This document shows positions 28,570-39,405 of a stretch of 64,000 nt of DNA, one piece after another. The notes below the pieces were generated by a model. The model was not told the origin of the DNA. It saw nothing but the letters and a program-made list of their open reading frames with translations, and searched no databases. The translations under genes were made by a program, and so were the position numbers. Source of the DNA: Candidatus Latescibacterota bacterium. Its GTDB lineage: Bacteria; Latescibacterota; UBA2968. Where the stretch lies: the NCBI GenBank assembly GCA_038279365.1, contig JAYODI010000008.1, positions 1 through 64,000 of the forward strand. The letters are read 5' to 3'. Within the stretch, counting starts at the first letter, position 1. Every line of letters begins with the position of its first letter.

Positions 28570-30378
28570 ATGGCCCGCGTTCCCGAAGAACTTATTGATC
28601 AGATCCGCCAATCGGTAGATATCGTTGATATCGTATCAGATCATGTGGTGCTCACGCGCAAGGGCAAAAGCTTTTTGGGCATTTGTCCTTTCCACGACGA
28701 CTCCAGCCCATCTATGAATGTATCACAAGACAAACAAATCTTCAAATGTTTCTCTTGTGGTGCTGGTGGTAATGTCTTCACTTTTTTGCGCGACATTGAA
28801 AACATCAGTTTTATCGAAGCTGTGCGCAAACTCGCCGAGCGGGCGGGCATCAATTTGCCCGACACACGTTCAGATACGCCCCAACAACAAGAAGCCTACG
28901 ACGAACTCTATCGGGCCAATGAACTCGCATATAAGTATTTTCACCACATGCTCACCGAAGATGCCCGAGGCGAACAAGCCAAAGCCTACCTCGAAAACCG
29001 AGGCATCAGCCGCGAAATTATAGATGCCTTTGGCTTGGGATATGCGCTTAATGCTTGGGATGGTTTTTTGACCGTGGCAACCCGCAGAGGTTTTTCACCC
29101 CAAGTGCTCGAGCGAGCCGGCTTGGTCACGCCACGTCAAAATGGAGGTGGTTTTTACGATCGGTTTCGCCACCGCGTTACCTTTCCCATCGAAGCCAGCA
29201 CAGGTCGAACCGTGGCGTTTGGTGCACGCGCCTTAGACCCAGACGAACAGGCCAAATACCTCAACTCACCCGAAACCCCCGTCTACAACAAAAGTGCCAC
29301 ACTTTATGGCCTATGGCGAGGCAGAGATGCCATTCGCAACTCAGGCCAAGCCATTGTTGTGGAAGGCTATATGGACCTTATCTCATTGGCCCAATTTGGC
29401 ATCGAAAACGTTGTGGCCTCTTCAGGTACAGCCCTTACAGCTGACCATGCTCGTCTTTTACGGCGATATGCCTCACGGGTCACCCTCATATTTGATGGCG
29501 ATGCCGCAGGCACTTCTGCAGCAGTAAGGGGCATTGGTTCACTGTTTGAAATTGGCCAAGAAGCGCGTGTGGTTGCCCTCCCCGAACAACATGACCCCGA
29601 CAGTTATGTGCGTGAGCATGGCCCAGAAGGGTTTCGTGCCCTAATCGAACGTGCCGTTTCGGCTCCCGACTTTCTCGTTGAACAAATTGCCAAACGCGAA
29701 GACCTTTCCACCGTCGATGGCAAATCGCGCGCCACCCATGAGCTGGCCGAATTGATTGGGCGAATTGGCGACCAAGCACTGCGCCATTTTTTGATCAAAG
29801 ACCTTGCTGAAAAAATGGGCTTATCGGAAGAAGCATTTATCCAAGTCGTACAAAATGACAGACGTCGTCCCCCCACACAAAGAAGATCAACCCAACCATC
29901 AGAATCTGCGCCTCCTCCATTTGATCCACGACCTCGTTCTGAGCGTGAACTCCTTATTTTGATGATGCAAAACAATGAATCGGCCGATACGGTGCTCAAA
30001 CACATTTTGCCCTCAGATTTTTCCAACAGCACCTACCGTGAAATTGCAAATATGATTGCACAAAACCGAAAACAAAATCTCTCTGTGCATGCGGCACACC
30101 TGATTGATCAAACGACCAACAAACAACTGTCCCGCATCATCTCAGACATGTCTTTGGAATTGGGAATTTCAAATCCGAATCAGGAGGTTTTTCCCTTGGC
30201 AGAGTACATGCGCAAATTTCAAATTAGGAATATTGAGCAGAAACGCAATGACATAGAAAAACAACTTCGCAATGAATTGACACCAGAACAAAGACGTGAA
30301 CTTCTGGCCAAACATCTCGAAGTTACCATACAAAAACGCGAATTGTTATCCCCAACAACAAAGACTTTTTCATCATAA
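28570..30378 (+). CDS. dnaG: DNA primase
   Basis: Zn finger CPFH..CFSC, FYDRFR, KYLNSPET, VEGYMD and FDGDAAG. Confidence 0.97.
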   Translation: MARVPEELIDQIRQSVDIVDIVSDHVVLTRKGKSFLGICPFHDDSSPSMNVSQDKQIFKCFSCGAGGNVFTFLRDIENISFIEAVRKLAERAGINLPDTRSDTPQQQEAYDELYRANELAYKYFHHMLTEDARGEQAKAYLENRGISREIIDAFGLGYALNAWDGFLTVATRRGFSPQVLERAGLVTPRQNGGGFYDRFRHRVTFPIEASTGRTVAFGARALDPDEQAKYLNSPETPVYNKSATLYGLWRGRDAIRNSGQAIVVEGYMDLISLAQFGIENVVASSGTALTADHARLLRRYASRVTLIFDGDAAGTSAAVRGIGSLFEIGQEARVVALPEQHDPDSYVREHGPEGFRALIERAVSAPDFLVEQIAKREDLSTVDGKSRATHELAELIGRIGDQALRHFLIKDLAEKMGLSEEAFIQVVQNDRRRPPTQRRSTQPSESAPPPFDPRPRSERELLILMMQNNESADTVLKHILPSDFSNSTYREIANMIAQNRKQNLSVHAAHLIDQTTNKQLSRIISDMSLELGISNPNQEVFPLAEYMRKFQIRNIEQKRNDIEKQLRNELTPEQRRELLAKHLEVTIQKRELLSPTTKTFSS

Positions 30379-30477
30379 GTTCTTTCAATACTTGAAATTT
30401 AGGTTGCGCTGAACCCTGCCGTTTCTTATCTTTTGCTCGATTATCTAAAACCTCTGTTAAAACGATTGTTAGACATT

Positions 30478-30554
30478 GGGCGCATAGCTCAGTCGGTTAG
30501 AGCGGCGGACTCATAATCCGTTGGTCCGGGGTTCGAGTCCCTGTGCGCCCACCA
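30478..30554 (+). tRNA. tRNA with CAT anticodon, most likely tRNA-Ile2 (lysidine-modified)
   Basis: GGGCGCA/TGCGCCC acceptor stem, TAGCTCAG..GG D arm, GCGGA-CTCATAA-TCCGT anticodon arm, GGTTCGAGTCC T arm and encoded CCA. Paired G1-C72 excludes initiator. Confidence 0.9.
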
Positions 30555-30728
30555 AATTTCCAAGATGAATATTTCGACGCATGATTAACACGTCGAAATA
30601 TTCATCAAAAGCCTTTTAAAACAGCGTGTAAAGCACACCATATTTTTCTGGACATTTGATTGTATTGCATTATTTTACAACCTGTTCGGTAAAATTTTCG
30701 CCCATTTCGAAATTTGTGGAGGATGCGA

Positions 30729-31079
30729 GTGCAAACCATCACCAAGGCTGATCTTGCCAAAATTCTCGCAGACGATTTAAATTGCAAGAACACACAGGCC
30801 AAGCAAGCTGTGGATGTGCTCTTTGAAACTTTGGCCGATGCCATCGTAGATGGCGAACGCATTGAGATTCGAGGATTTGGCAGCTGGGAAGTCAAAGAGA
30901 CCAATGCCAGGCCTCGTGCTCGCAACCCCAGAACAGGCGCAGAAGTATTTGTTCCGGCACGCCGTAAAGTGCGTTTTAAACCTGGAAAGATTCTTCGAGA
31001 CGCATTGTCAAAGCCTCTAACGAGTGAAGAAATCGCGTCGGCAGTTTACGATGACGACGATGACGATGATGATGTATAG
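30729..31079 (+). CDS. HU/IHF family DNA-binding protein with a poly-Asp tail
   Basis: TITKADL, IEIRGFGSW, ARNPRTG and VRFKPGK. GTG start after GGAGG. Confidence 0.9.
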   Translation: MQTITKADLAKILADDLNCKNTQAKQAVDVLFETLADAIVDGERIEIRGFGSWEVKETNARPRARNPRTGAEVFVPARRKVRFKPGKILRDALSKPLTSEEIASAVYDDDDDDDDV

Positions 31080-31089
31080 ATGCTTTTTT

Positions 31090-31127
31090 AAAAAAGGCGG
31101 AGCAGATTTTTCTGCTCCGCCTTTTTT
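31090..31127. terminator. Bidirectional intrinsic terminator
   Basis: AAAAAAGGCGGAGCAGA-TTTT-TCTGCTCCGCCTTTTTT. Confidence 0.88.
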
Positions 31128-31130
31128 ATT

Positions 31131-32924
31131 TTACAACATCTCATAAAGATCTTCTATTTGTCTTTCCACCTGTCTCAGCTGACGACTCAAATTTTCACCT
31201 TGTTTGAAATCTCTCTTTTCAAACGCCCTTTTCATCCCCTGCTCAAGTTTTAACTTCTCTGCTTCAAGACCTTCAATTTGTGTTTCTACTTCCAAATCTC
31301 CCCCACCACCCTCGGGCTTATCCGTCCGCCTCATTTCCCAAAAGTCTGAAAAATTACCCACATGTGAAACCATCGTTTGATCGCGCACTTCAACAACCCG
31401 CTCGGCCAATTTGTCTAAAAAATAACGATCATGGGAAATAACCAACAATGTTCCCTCAAAAGCCTCTAATGCATCTTCAACACGCTCACGTGACATAATA
31501 TCTAAGTGATTGGTTGGTTCATCTAACAACAGCATATTGGCATCAGACACCATCAACTTTGCCAACTGTATCCGACTTTTTTCACCGCCACTTAAATGGC
31601 CTATCTTTTTATCTAAATCTTGCCAACCAAATAAAAATTTGGATAACACCGCAAACCCTTGGTCGCGATTGAGATCACCAGCTTGGCACACCTCCTCCAA
31701 AATACTTTTTTCACCATTCAAAGTTTCATGTTGCTGATCATAATATCCCAATTCAATGCGGGGCCCAATGCGCATGGTGGGGTGCTCCCAAACGGCTTCT
31801 TGCATCACATCTTTAAGCAAGGTGGTTTTTCCCGTGCCATTGCCTCCCACCAAACCAACACGTTCACCCGACTGAATCAAGAGATCGACCTTTTCAAATA
31901 ACACTCGATCGCCAATGCGACGTGTGTATTGGCGCAATTCCAAGGCAATTTTACCACTGCTTTGCACCGTTCCAAATGTGGGGTCTATTTTTCGACGATC
32001 CATTACGGGCTTGTCAATCCGTTCCATACGATCCAAATACTTGGTCTTGTTCCTCGCCCTTTTTGCATTCTTCTCGCCCCCCCAAAATTCATACCTTTTA
32101 ATCATCTCCTGCAATCGCTGCACCTCTTTTTGCTGATCGTCAAAAGCCGCCTTCTGCTTGATCAAATCGCGCATTTTCGCTGCGCGATAAGCCGAATAAT
32201 TGCCTGCATACACAGCCGCTTTACCTTCTTCAATTTCAACAATGCGATTCACCACCCGATCAAGCAAATATCGGTCATGAGAAACCAACAGCACCGTACG
32301 CCCCGAGTCCTTCAAAAACCCCTCTAACCACGACAACCCTTCAAAATCTAAATGATTGCCTGGTTCATCCAACAACACCAAATCGGGTTCACCCAACAAT
32401 ACTTTGGCCAATCCCACCAAATTTTTCTCCCCGCCACTGAGCACACCAACCGGCCGATCTGCCCACCCCATAATGCCCAATCCATCCATAATTGCATCAA
32501 TTTTTGCTTGGCTGGCATACCCATCGGCCCTGTCAAACACTTCTTGCAAATGGCTGTACCGATGCATCACCCGTTCCAATTCTTCTCCATCTGCCAAAGA
32601 CATTTGTTGTTCCAACATCCGCATCTCCGACTGGATCTTACCCAAATTTTCAAACACGGAGGCGATTTCTTCACCAACCATTTCACCCGCTTCAAATATT
32701 AAATGCTGAGCCAAATACCCCACGGATATGCCATTGGGTTTATTCACACTCCCTTCAATGGGTTTTTCAAGCCCCGCAATCATTTTTAAAAGCGTGGATT
32801 TTCCACACCCATTCTCACCTATCAACCCGACCTTTTCACCCTTTTGTACTTTAAAAGACACATTGGTCAAAACGTCTTGCGCCCCAAAGGCCATTGCGAC
32901 ATGATGCAATTCTAATATGGTCAT
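31131..32924 (-). CDS. ABC-F family ribosome-associated ATPase
   Basis: Two NBDs (GENGCGKS/LSGGE/LLDEP and GGNGTGKT/LSGGE/LLDEPTNH), interdomain linker, no TM segments, C-terminal coiled coil. Confidence 0.92.
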   Translation of the reverse strand: MTILELHHVAMAFGAQDVLTNVSFKVQKGEKVGLIGENGCGKSTLLKMIAGLEKPIEGSVNKPNGISVGYLAQHLIFEAGEMVGEEIASVFENLGKIQSEMRMLEQQMSLADGEELERVMHRYSHLQEVFDRADGYASQAKIDAIMDGLGIMGWADRPVGVLSGGEKNLVGLAKVLLGEPDLVLLDEPGNHLDFEGLSWLEGFLKDSGRTVLLVSHDRYLLDRVVNRIVEIEEGKAAVYAGNYSAYRAAKMRDLIKQKAAFDDQQKEVQRLQEMIKRYEFWGGEKNAKRARNKTKYLDRMERIDKPVMDRRKIDPTFGTVQSSGKIALELRQYTRRIGDRVLFEKVDLLIQSGERVGLVGGNGTGKTTLLKDVMQEAVWEHPTMRIGPRIELGYYDQQHETLNGEKSILEEVCQAGDLNRDQGFAVLSKFLFGWQDLDKKIGHLSGGEKSRIQLAKLMVSDANMLLLDEPTNHLDIMSRERVEDALEAFEGTLLVISHDRYFLDKLAERVVEVRDQTMVSHVGNFSDFWEMRRTDKPEGGGGDLEVETQIEGLEAEKLKLEQGMKRAFEKRDFKQGENLSRQLRQVERQIEDLYEML

Positions 32925-32940
32925 GATATCAATCTTTCAC

Positions 32941-33173
32941 AAAAAAGGCTGTGATCACAAAAAGTGCCCACAGCCATAAAATAATAAAAGCCGCGAAAAG
33001 ATCGCAGCCTAAATTTTTAAAATTATTATAGTTACATATTTTTAGGCAATATTTTTCCGTTCACACTTGGGCACACGTATCCTATAAAAAGCGATTTAGG
33101 ACGCGGCCTTTCTAACCAAATAAAGAACCACCAAATGGTGTTGATATGGTATTTGTGTGTAAGAAAAAATCAT
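32941..33173 (-). promoter_or_regulatory. Putative ribosome-coupled transcription attenuator of the ABC-F gene
   Basis: 25-aa uORF at 33173-33096, and terminator GGCTGTGGGCAC-TTTTT-GTGATCACAGCC-TTTTTT 16 nt before the start. Upstream GTGCCCA is complementary to the terminator 5' arm. Confidence 0.6.
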
Positions 33174-33334
33174 TACATATCCATTGGACTGAAATTCAAA
33201 AACACGCCCAGAAACAGTGCATTCACAAACCAATGTCAAGCCATTGAAAGATGAATGCATGGGTTGTTCTGCGTATAGACATAGACAATGCCACGAAACA
33301 AATGGTTTCATCAAAATCACAAAAAGGCGATCTC

Positions 33335-34732
33335 TTAAATATGAATCGCCTCATTTGCGACGGCCAAAGCCGCTTCTTTCACGGCTTCAGGCATCGTTGG
33401 ATGTGCGTGCATCGTGCGTGCAATATCTTCAGCACTGGCCGAAAAGGCCATCGCCACAACCCCCTCGGCAAGCATGTCGGAAGCGCGTGCAGCCAAAATA
33501 TGTATGCCCAATACCCGATCTGTTTTTTCATGTGCAATCATCTTCACCAAACCATCTGTGGCATCCAAACTGTGCGCCCGCCCATTGGCCAAAAAAGGAA
33601 ATTTACCCACCTTATACGGAATCCCTTTATCCTTCACTTGCTCTTCCGTTAGTCCAACAGACGCCAATTCGGGGTGTGTATACACCACATTGGGAATCAC
33701 ATCATAATCAACATGGCCTGCATGTCCAGCCATTAATTCTACAGCGGCCACACCCTCTTCTTCGGCTACATGCGCCAACATCGGCCCAGGAATCACATCG
33801 CCAATGGCATAAACACCTTTCAAATTGGTTTCAAATTTTTCATTTACAGGAATAAACCCGCGTTCATTCACCTCCAAACCCACGGCATCGGCACCCAACC
33901 CCTCCGTGTTGGGTTTGCGCCCAACAGCCACCAACAACCGATCACACACCACCTGAGCAGTCTTCTCGCCTTGCTTTAGAGAAACCGTCACTTTGCCATT
34001 TTTAACCGTAGCAGATTCTGCACGGGTTTCGAACTGGAATGTCAAACCTTGCTTTTCCAGCAATTTCTGCAGACCATCTGAAAGTTCGCGATCCATCGCA
34101 GGTGTAATGCGGTCTAAAAATTCCACCACAGTTACCTCTGCACCCAATCGGTTCCACACAGATCCCAATTCCAACCCAATGGCTCCCGCCCCAATGACCA
34201 CCATTTTGGAGGGCACATCGTCCAATGCCAAAGCTTCTGTCGAACTTATGACATATTTTCCATCATAATCTAACCCAGGCAAGGTGATGGGGGAACTGCC
34301 CGTTGCAATCAAAATGCGCTCAGCTGTAAGCGTTTCTTTACCTTTTTTGCCTTCCACTTCCACTTTGCCTTCACCAGCCAAACGCCCCAAACCTTCAATA
34401 TGGGTCACCTTATTTTTGCGAAACAAACCCCGAATCCCCCCCGTCATCTGTTTCACAATGCCATCTTTGCGTTTCATCATACTGGCCAAATCAAGGGAAA
34501 CCTGACCTGTTTTGATGCCATGTTTTTCAAATGACGATTGGGCTTGATGCAACAATTCACTCGACTCTAACAACGCTTTGCTCGGAATACAACCCACATT
34601 TAAACACGTGCCTCCCAAAGAGCCTTTTTCTACACAGGCCACATCAAACCCCAACTGAGCAGCACGAATCGCAGCCACATATCCACCAGGCCCAGCACCA
34701 ATCACAATGATGTCAAATTTTTTATCAGCCAA
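33335..34732 (-). CDS. lpdA: Dihydrolipoyl dehydrogenase (E3)
   Basis: GAGPGGY, GGTCLNVGCIPSK and HAHPT..E. TTG start after GAGGTG. Confidence 0.96.
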   Translation of the reverse strand: MADKKFDIIVIGAGPGGYVAAIRAAQLGFDVACVEKGSLGGTCLNVGCIPSKALLESSELLHQAQSSFEKHGIKTGQVSLDLASMMKRKDGIVKQMTGGIRGLFRKNKVTHIEGLGRLAGEGKVEVEGKKGKETLTAERILIATGSSPITLPGLDYDGKYVISSTEALALDDVPSKMVVIGAGAIGLELGSVWNRLGAEVTVVEFLDRITPAMDRELSDGLQKLLEKQGLTFQFETRAESATVKNGKVTVSLKQGEKTAQVVCDRLLVAVGRKPNTEGLGADAVGLEVNERGFIPVNEKFETNLKGVYAIGDVIPGPMLAHVAEEEGVAAVELMAGHAGHVDYDVIPNVVYTHPELASVGLTEEQVKDKGIPYKVGKFPFLANGRAHSLDATDGLVKMIAHEKTDRVLGIHILAARASDMLAEGVVAMAFSASAEDIARTMHAHPTMPEAVKEAALAVANEAIHI

Positions 34733-34750
34733 AGAACACCTCATTTTTAA

Positions 34751-34885
34751 AGACAGGCAAATACCAGATGGCAGGTCCCCCTATCCAACCCATCAAAATG
34801 ATCATTTTAAAAGAGTGACATCATTTATACGAATAGGGTTTGGATGGTGTTACATTTGCCGTCTTACGTCTGCCGTTTGCCGTTT
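34751..34885. repeat. Degenerate heptamer tandem repeats in inverted arrangement
   Basis: TTACATT TGCCGTC TTACGTC TGCCGTT TGCCGTT at 34850-34884, partly complementary to AGACAGGCAAATACCAGATGGCAG at 34751. Confidence 0.5.
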
Positions 34886-34888
34886 CTC

Positions 34889-36130
34889 CTACACCCCCAA
34901 CATCATACGTGCCGGATCTTCGAGCATTTGTTTGAGTCGCACCAAAAACTTCACGGATGTTTCACCATCTATTAAGCGGTGATCATACGTCAATGCCAAA
35001 TACATCATGGGGCGAATCACCACTTCACCATTAAGAGCAATAGGACGTTGTTGAATATTGTGCATACCCAAAATGCCCGTTTGGGGTTGATTGAGTATGG
35101 GCGTTGACAACATCGAACCAAACACCCCACCATTGGTAATCGTAAAGGTCCCTCCGCTCAAATCATTCAACCCCAGCTTGCCATCACGCGCCGCCGATGC
35201 CACTCTTTTAATTTCCGTTTCAATTTGGTCTAAAGACATCTTTTCGGTGTGCTTTAAAACCGGCACCACCAACCCGCGCGGCGTGCCAACAGCAATGCCC
35301 ATATGTACATAATCGTGATACAAAACATCTGTGCCATCAATGCTGGCATTGACCGCCTCAAATTCTTGCAATGCCAACACACTGGCACGCACAAAAAACG
35401 ACATTAACCCCAATGAGACCCCGTGTACTTCTTGAAAACGCTCTTTGTACTTGGTGCGCAAATCAAAAATACCTGTCATATCCACTTCATTAAAAGTGGT
35501 CAACATCGCGGCATTTTGTTGGGCCGCCACCAAATGCTGTGCAATGCGTTGGCGAATTTTACTCATAGGCTCACGCCGCACCCCATCTCCAGATGCTTGG
35601 GGCATTGGGGCTGGTTTTGCAGGCGTTTGAGGTGCCGGATCCTCTTGGGGTGCTTCTTTTGCATTTTCAGATGGCGTTTGCGTTTCTAAATGATTCAGCA
35701 CATCTTCTTTGGTCAACCGACCCTCTCTGCCCGTTCCCTTAATTTGTGTGGGATCCAAATCATTTTCGGTCACCAATCGTCTCACGGCAGGGCTGAGCCC
35801 GCCTTCATCCTCGTCTTTTACAACAGGCGTTTTTGTTTCTTCTTTTTTCTGTTCGGGGGCTGGTTTGGCCGCTCCCCCCCCTGCCGATGGTTTGCCTTCA
35901 GGGTCAATTTGACCAATGGCTTCCCCCACCTGAATCGTGTCTCCATCTGATTTAGAATGGGACAAAATACCTGCCTCTGGCGCGGGCAGTTCCACATCGG
36001 CTTTGTCCGTTTCAAGAACCGCTATCGGTTCATCCATTTCAACAGCTTCACCATCGGCTTTGAGCCATTCTACCAATATGGCCTCTGTAACAGACTCACC
36101 CAATTCTGGAATCACCACATCAACGGGCAT
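34889..36130 (-). CDS. sucB: 2-oxoglutarate dehydrogenase E2 (dihydrolipoyl succinyltransferase)
   Basis: [12 protein letters not shown] lipoyl site, [17 protein letters not shown] and YDHRLIDG. Confidence 0.96.
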   Translation of the reverse strand: MPVDVVIPELGESVTEAILVEWLKADGEAVEMDEPIAVLETDKADVELPAPEAGILSHSKSDGDTIQVGEAIGQIDPEGKPSAGGGAAKPAPEQKKEETKTPVVKDEDEGGLSPAVRRLVTENDLDPTQIKGTGREGRLTKEDVLNHLETQTPSENAKEAPQEDPAPQTPAKPAPMPQASGDGVRREPMSKIRQRIAQHLVAAQQNAAMLTTFNEVDMTGIFDLRTKYKERFQEVHGVSLGLMSFFVRASVLALQEFEAVNASIDGTDVLYHDYVHMGIAVGTPRGLVVPVLKHTEKMSLDQIETEIKRVASAARDGKLGLNDLSGGTFTITNGGVFGSMLSTPILNQPQTGILGMHNIQQRPIALNGEVVIRPMMYLALTYDHRLIDGETSVKFLVRLKQMLEDPARMMLGV

Positions 36131-36153
36131 AACCATTCCTCTCTTTATAATAT

Positions 36154-38883
36154 TCAAACATCCAGTGATGTTTCAACAATTTCCTGCTGTTCTGCTTGAT
36201 GTACTTTTTGAACACCTGTTGCCGTTGCCGCCGTTGGTCTTCGTCCAATATAACGCACAGAACCCTTATTGTTTAACAGTTTGCGCAACTTAGGTTCCAT
36301 AAAGTCCCAACTGCCCATATTTTGAGGTTCTTCCTGAACCCAACATACTTCTGTTTCGCCATATTTTTTTAAAATGGCTTCTGTCTCTGTCCACGGAAAC
36401 GGATAATGCTCTTCAATCCGCACAAGGGCCACATTGTCTGTTCCCCGTTCTTCACGGCCTGCCGTAAGATCGAAAAACACTTTGCCCGTACAAAAAACAA
36501 CGCGCTTTACCTTTTTAGGGTCTGGACTTGCGGGATCATCTAAGATGGGTTGAAATGCGCCAGTTGTTAAATCGTCCATTGTTGAAGTCGAATCTTTATG
36601 GCGCAACAAGCTCTTGGGCATCATCAAAATGAGGGGTTTGCGAAATGGTCGCAACATTTGTCGACGCAACAAATGAAAATATTGTGCGGGTGTTGTGGGA
36701 CACCCCACTTGCATATTGTCTTCGGCGCATTGTGCCTGATACCGCTCTAAGCGTGCACTGGAATGCTCTGGGCCCTGCCCCTCAAACCCGTGGGGCAACA
36801 ACATCACCAACCCACTCATCTTTTGCCATTTGGCTTCCGAACTCGAAATGAACTGATCCACTATCGCTTGGGCCCCATTGGCAAAATCTCCAAATTGTGC
36901 TTCCCAAATGGTCAGCTTATGAGGGTTTGCATAACTCACACCATATTCAAAACCCAAAACTGCCAATTCGGATAACATCGTATTAATAACAGTAAATGTG
37001 CCCTGCCCTTCAGACAAGTGACTTAAGGGTGCATGCAATTGTCCATTTTTCACATCGTGCCACACCGCATGACGGTGACTAAATGTGCCTCGTTGCGAAT
37101 CTTGCCCAGCCAATCGCACATCTGTGCCTTCATCCAACAAACTGCCAAATGCCAACATTTCAGCGCAACCCCAATCAATGGGCACTTGCCCTTCAACCAT
37201 TTCCAAACGTGTATCCAAAAGGCGCTGCATTTTGCGATAAATATTGAATCCTTCAGGTACAGTGCAAGCTTTTTGCGCTATTTCAACTAATTTTTTCTTG
37301 GGCACTGCGGTCTTTGCACTGCGGTCTTTGCCTGCTTTTCCCAACCCTTTCCACAATCCACCAAATGGCGCAACCCCCGCTGGCGCACCTTTTTGCTTCG
37401 CCTCTGCTTGCCCTGCCTCCAACAAATCTCGGGCGCGTTTTCTCATGCCATCTACTTCTTCTTGGCTCACCACATTTTGTGCAACCAAACGGTCTGCATA
37501 CAGCTTGGCCACGGTAGGGTGTTTGGCAATTTCGGCATATTGCACAGGCTGTGTAAACACCGGATCATCGGTTTCATTGTGTCCATAACGGCGATAACAC
37601 CACATATCAATAATCACATCATTTTTTACTGCTTGTCGATATGTCATCGCCATGCGGGCCGTATGAACAACCGCCTCGGGGTCATCGCCATTGACATGAA
37701 AAACAGGCAATTTGACAATTTTGGCCACATCGGTTGGGTAAGAGGTAAAACGCGATTCTCTGGGCAATGCCGTAAACCCAATTTGATTATTGACAATGAT
37801 ATGAATGGTACCACCATTGTCATAACTCTCTAAATGAGACAGACAAATCGTCTCTGGCACAATGCCTTGCCCAGCAAAAGAAGCATCTCCATGAATCAAC
37901 AATGGCACCACATGATGATGTTGGATATCTTTGCGCATTTCTTGCTTGGTATAAACAATGCCCTCAATCACAGGGTTTACCAACTCCAAATGACTTGGGT
38001 TTGGCGTAAGCCCCAAATGCACCTTTTTTTCATCTCTTGTAATATAGTCATGTGCAAACCCCATATGATACTTCACATCACCCGACCCTTCACTGCGATC
38101 CAACTCAACCCCCTCAAACTCGGCAAGCATCATGCTATATGGCTTGCGCATCACATGCGCCAATACATTTAAACGCCCACGATGCGCCATACCCATCACC
38201 ATTTCTTGCACATCCAATGCCGCACCTGTTTCGATAAGAGCATGCAACATCGGAATCAAACTGTCTCCACCTTCTACCGAAAACCGTTTGTAACCAATAT
38301 ATTTGGTATGTAAAAATTGCTCAAATTCTTCGGCTTCAATCAACTGATACAAAATGGCCTTACACTGTTCGCCCGTAAACTTTGGGCGATTTAAAATGGG
38401 CTCCATTTGTCGCTCGAGCCATTCGCGCTGACTCTTATATGGAATTTCAGAAAACTCTACCCCAATGGATCCACAATACGTCTGCCGCAACTTGGCCAAC
38501 AAATCGCGCAAACTCCCATCCGTTTGTCCCAAAAAACCACCCTGCCCAACTTGGCGATCCAAATCATCATCGGAAAAACCATATTCGCCCAAATCGAGCA
38601 ATGGATGAGGCGGTCGGGTATAGCTCATTGGGGCCAAGTCGGCAATCATATGCCCCCACGTGCGATAAGCATTTACCAATGAAATCGCCCCGCGATCTGC
38701 CGATGGTTTGTCATTCCCCTCAGAAGTGCTCCCCTGCCTTACTTGACCATCGACTCCCAAATCGAAACCAGCAAAAAAAGCCCGCCATCCATCATCAACG
38801 GAGGCAGGATCGGACTGATATTGGTGATAAAGTTGCTCTATATATTCTACATTCGATATTTGAGAAACATCAAAAGGCGTCAT
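36154..38883 (-). CDS. sucA: 2-oxoglutarate dehydrogenase E1
   Basis: [39 protein letters not shown] and GPEHSSAR. Confidence 0.97.
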   Translation of the reverse strand: MTPFDVSQISNVEYIEQLYHQYQSDPASVDDGWRAFFAGFDLGVDGQVRQGSTSEGNDKPSADRGAISLVNAYRTWGHMIADLAPMSYTRPPHPLLDLGEYGFSDDDLDRQVGQGGFLGQTDGSLRDLLAKLRQTYCGSIGVEFSEIPYKSQREWLERQMEPILNRPKFTGEQCKAILYQLIEAEEFEQFLHTKYIGYKRFSVEGGDSLIPMLHALIETGAALDVQEMVMGMAHRGRLNVLAHVMRKPYSMMLAEFEGVELDRSEGSGDVKYHMGFAHDYITRDEKKVHLGLTPNPSHLELVNPVIEGIVYTKQEMRKDIQHHHVVPLLIHGDASFAGQGIVPETICLSHLESYDNGGTIHIIVNNQIGFTALPRESRFTSYPTDVAKIVKLPVFHVNGDDPEAVVHTARMAMTYRQAVKNDVIIDMWCYRRYGHNETDDPVFTQPVQYAEIAKHPTVAKLYADRLVAQNVVSQEEVDGMRKRARDLLEAGQAEAKQKGAPAGVAPFGGLWKGLGKAGKDRSAKTAVPKKKLVEIAQKACTVPEGFNIYRKMQRLLDTRLEMVEGQVPIDWGCAEMLAFGSLLDEGTDVRLAGQDSQRGTFSHRHAVWHDVKNGQLHAPLSHLSEGQGTFTVINTMLSELAVLGFEYGVSYANPHKLTIWEAQFGDFANGAQAIVDQFISSSEAKWQKMSGLVMLLPHGFEGQGPEHSSARLERYQAQCAEDNMQVGCPTTPAQYFHLLRRQMLRPFRKPLILMMPKSLLRHKDSTSTMDDLTTGAFQPILDDPASPDPKKVKRVVFCTGKVFFDLTAGREERGTDNVALVRIEEHYPFPWTETEAILKKYGETEVCWVQEEPQNMGSWDFMEPKLRKLLNNKGSVRYIGRRPTAATATGVQKVHQAEQQEIVETSLDV

Positions 38884-39010
38884 AATCATTTGTCCTTTGG
38901 CCAAAGCACTATTGATGGCACTTTGCTGAGATCATCGCAATCACATCTCAACCAAGCGCAGGCGAACACCACGTCCCACCCCGATCTCATGGCGTGTCAG
39001 GTTGCTCAAA

Positions 39011-39039
39011 AATGTAACACCCATTGATTGTAATGTCAA
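39011..39039 (-). promoter_or_regulatory. sigma70-type promoter of sucAB-lpdA
   Basis: TTGACA-17-TACATT, minus strand. Confidence 0.65.
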
Positions 39040-39234
39040 GTTTAACAACCATTAAGTCTCCAAACCTCTCGGCATATGACCGATCTTGCCATCTGTATCA
39101 TCTTGATTGAGATACCACCCAAAAGTCAATAAACCTAAGGTAATTTTCGCTTGACAGAAAACCAATACGTTGTGTAATTTAATTCCTTATCGAATTTTAC
39201 AAACATCCTTCTATTTTCATTAGGCTTACGACCT

Positions 39235-39405
39235 ATGAACCAAACACTTACAAGAAGCCTCTTCCACAAGCACGATACAACCCTTGAAGGGGCTGCCAGC
39301 TTAACTCTCCCACATCCTCGTCTCTCTGCAGGGGCAAAGGCCCTTGCCTTGATCCTTCCCATGCTCGCGAGCCTTATTGCGGCCATTTTAATCATTGCCC
39401 AATAA
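39235..39405 (+). CDS. Small 56-aa ORF with a Leu/Ile/Ala-rich C-terminus (leader peptide or small membrane protein)
   Basis: Manual translation MNQTLTRSLF...KALALILPMLASLIAAILIIAQ*, downstream of TTGACA at 39151. Confidence 0.4.
   Translation: MNQTLTRSLFHKHDTTLEGAASLTLPHPRLSAGAKALALILPMLASLIAAILIIAQ

Noticed and set aside
30478..31100. tRNA as integration site of a genomic island
   Set aside because: No integrase and no duplicate tRNA 3' end seen; the flanking genes are housekeeping.
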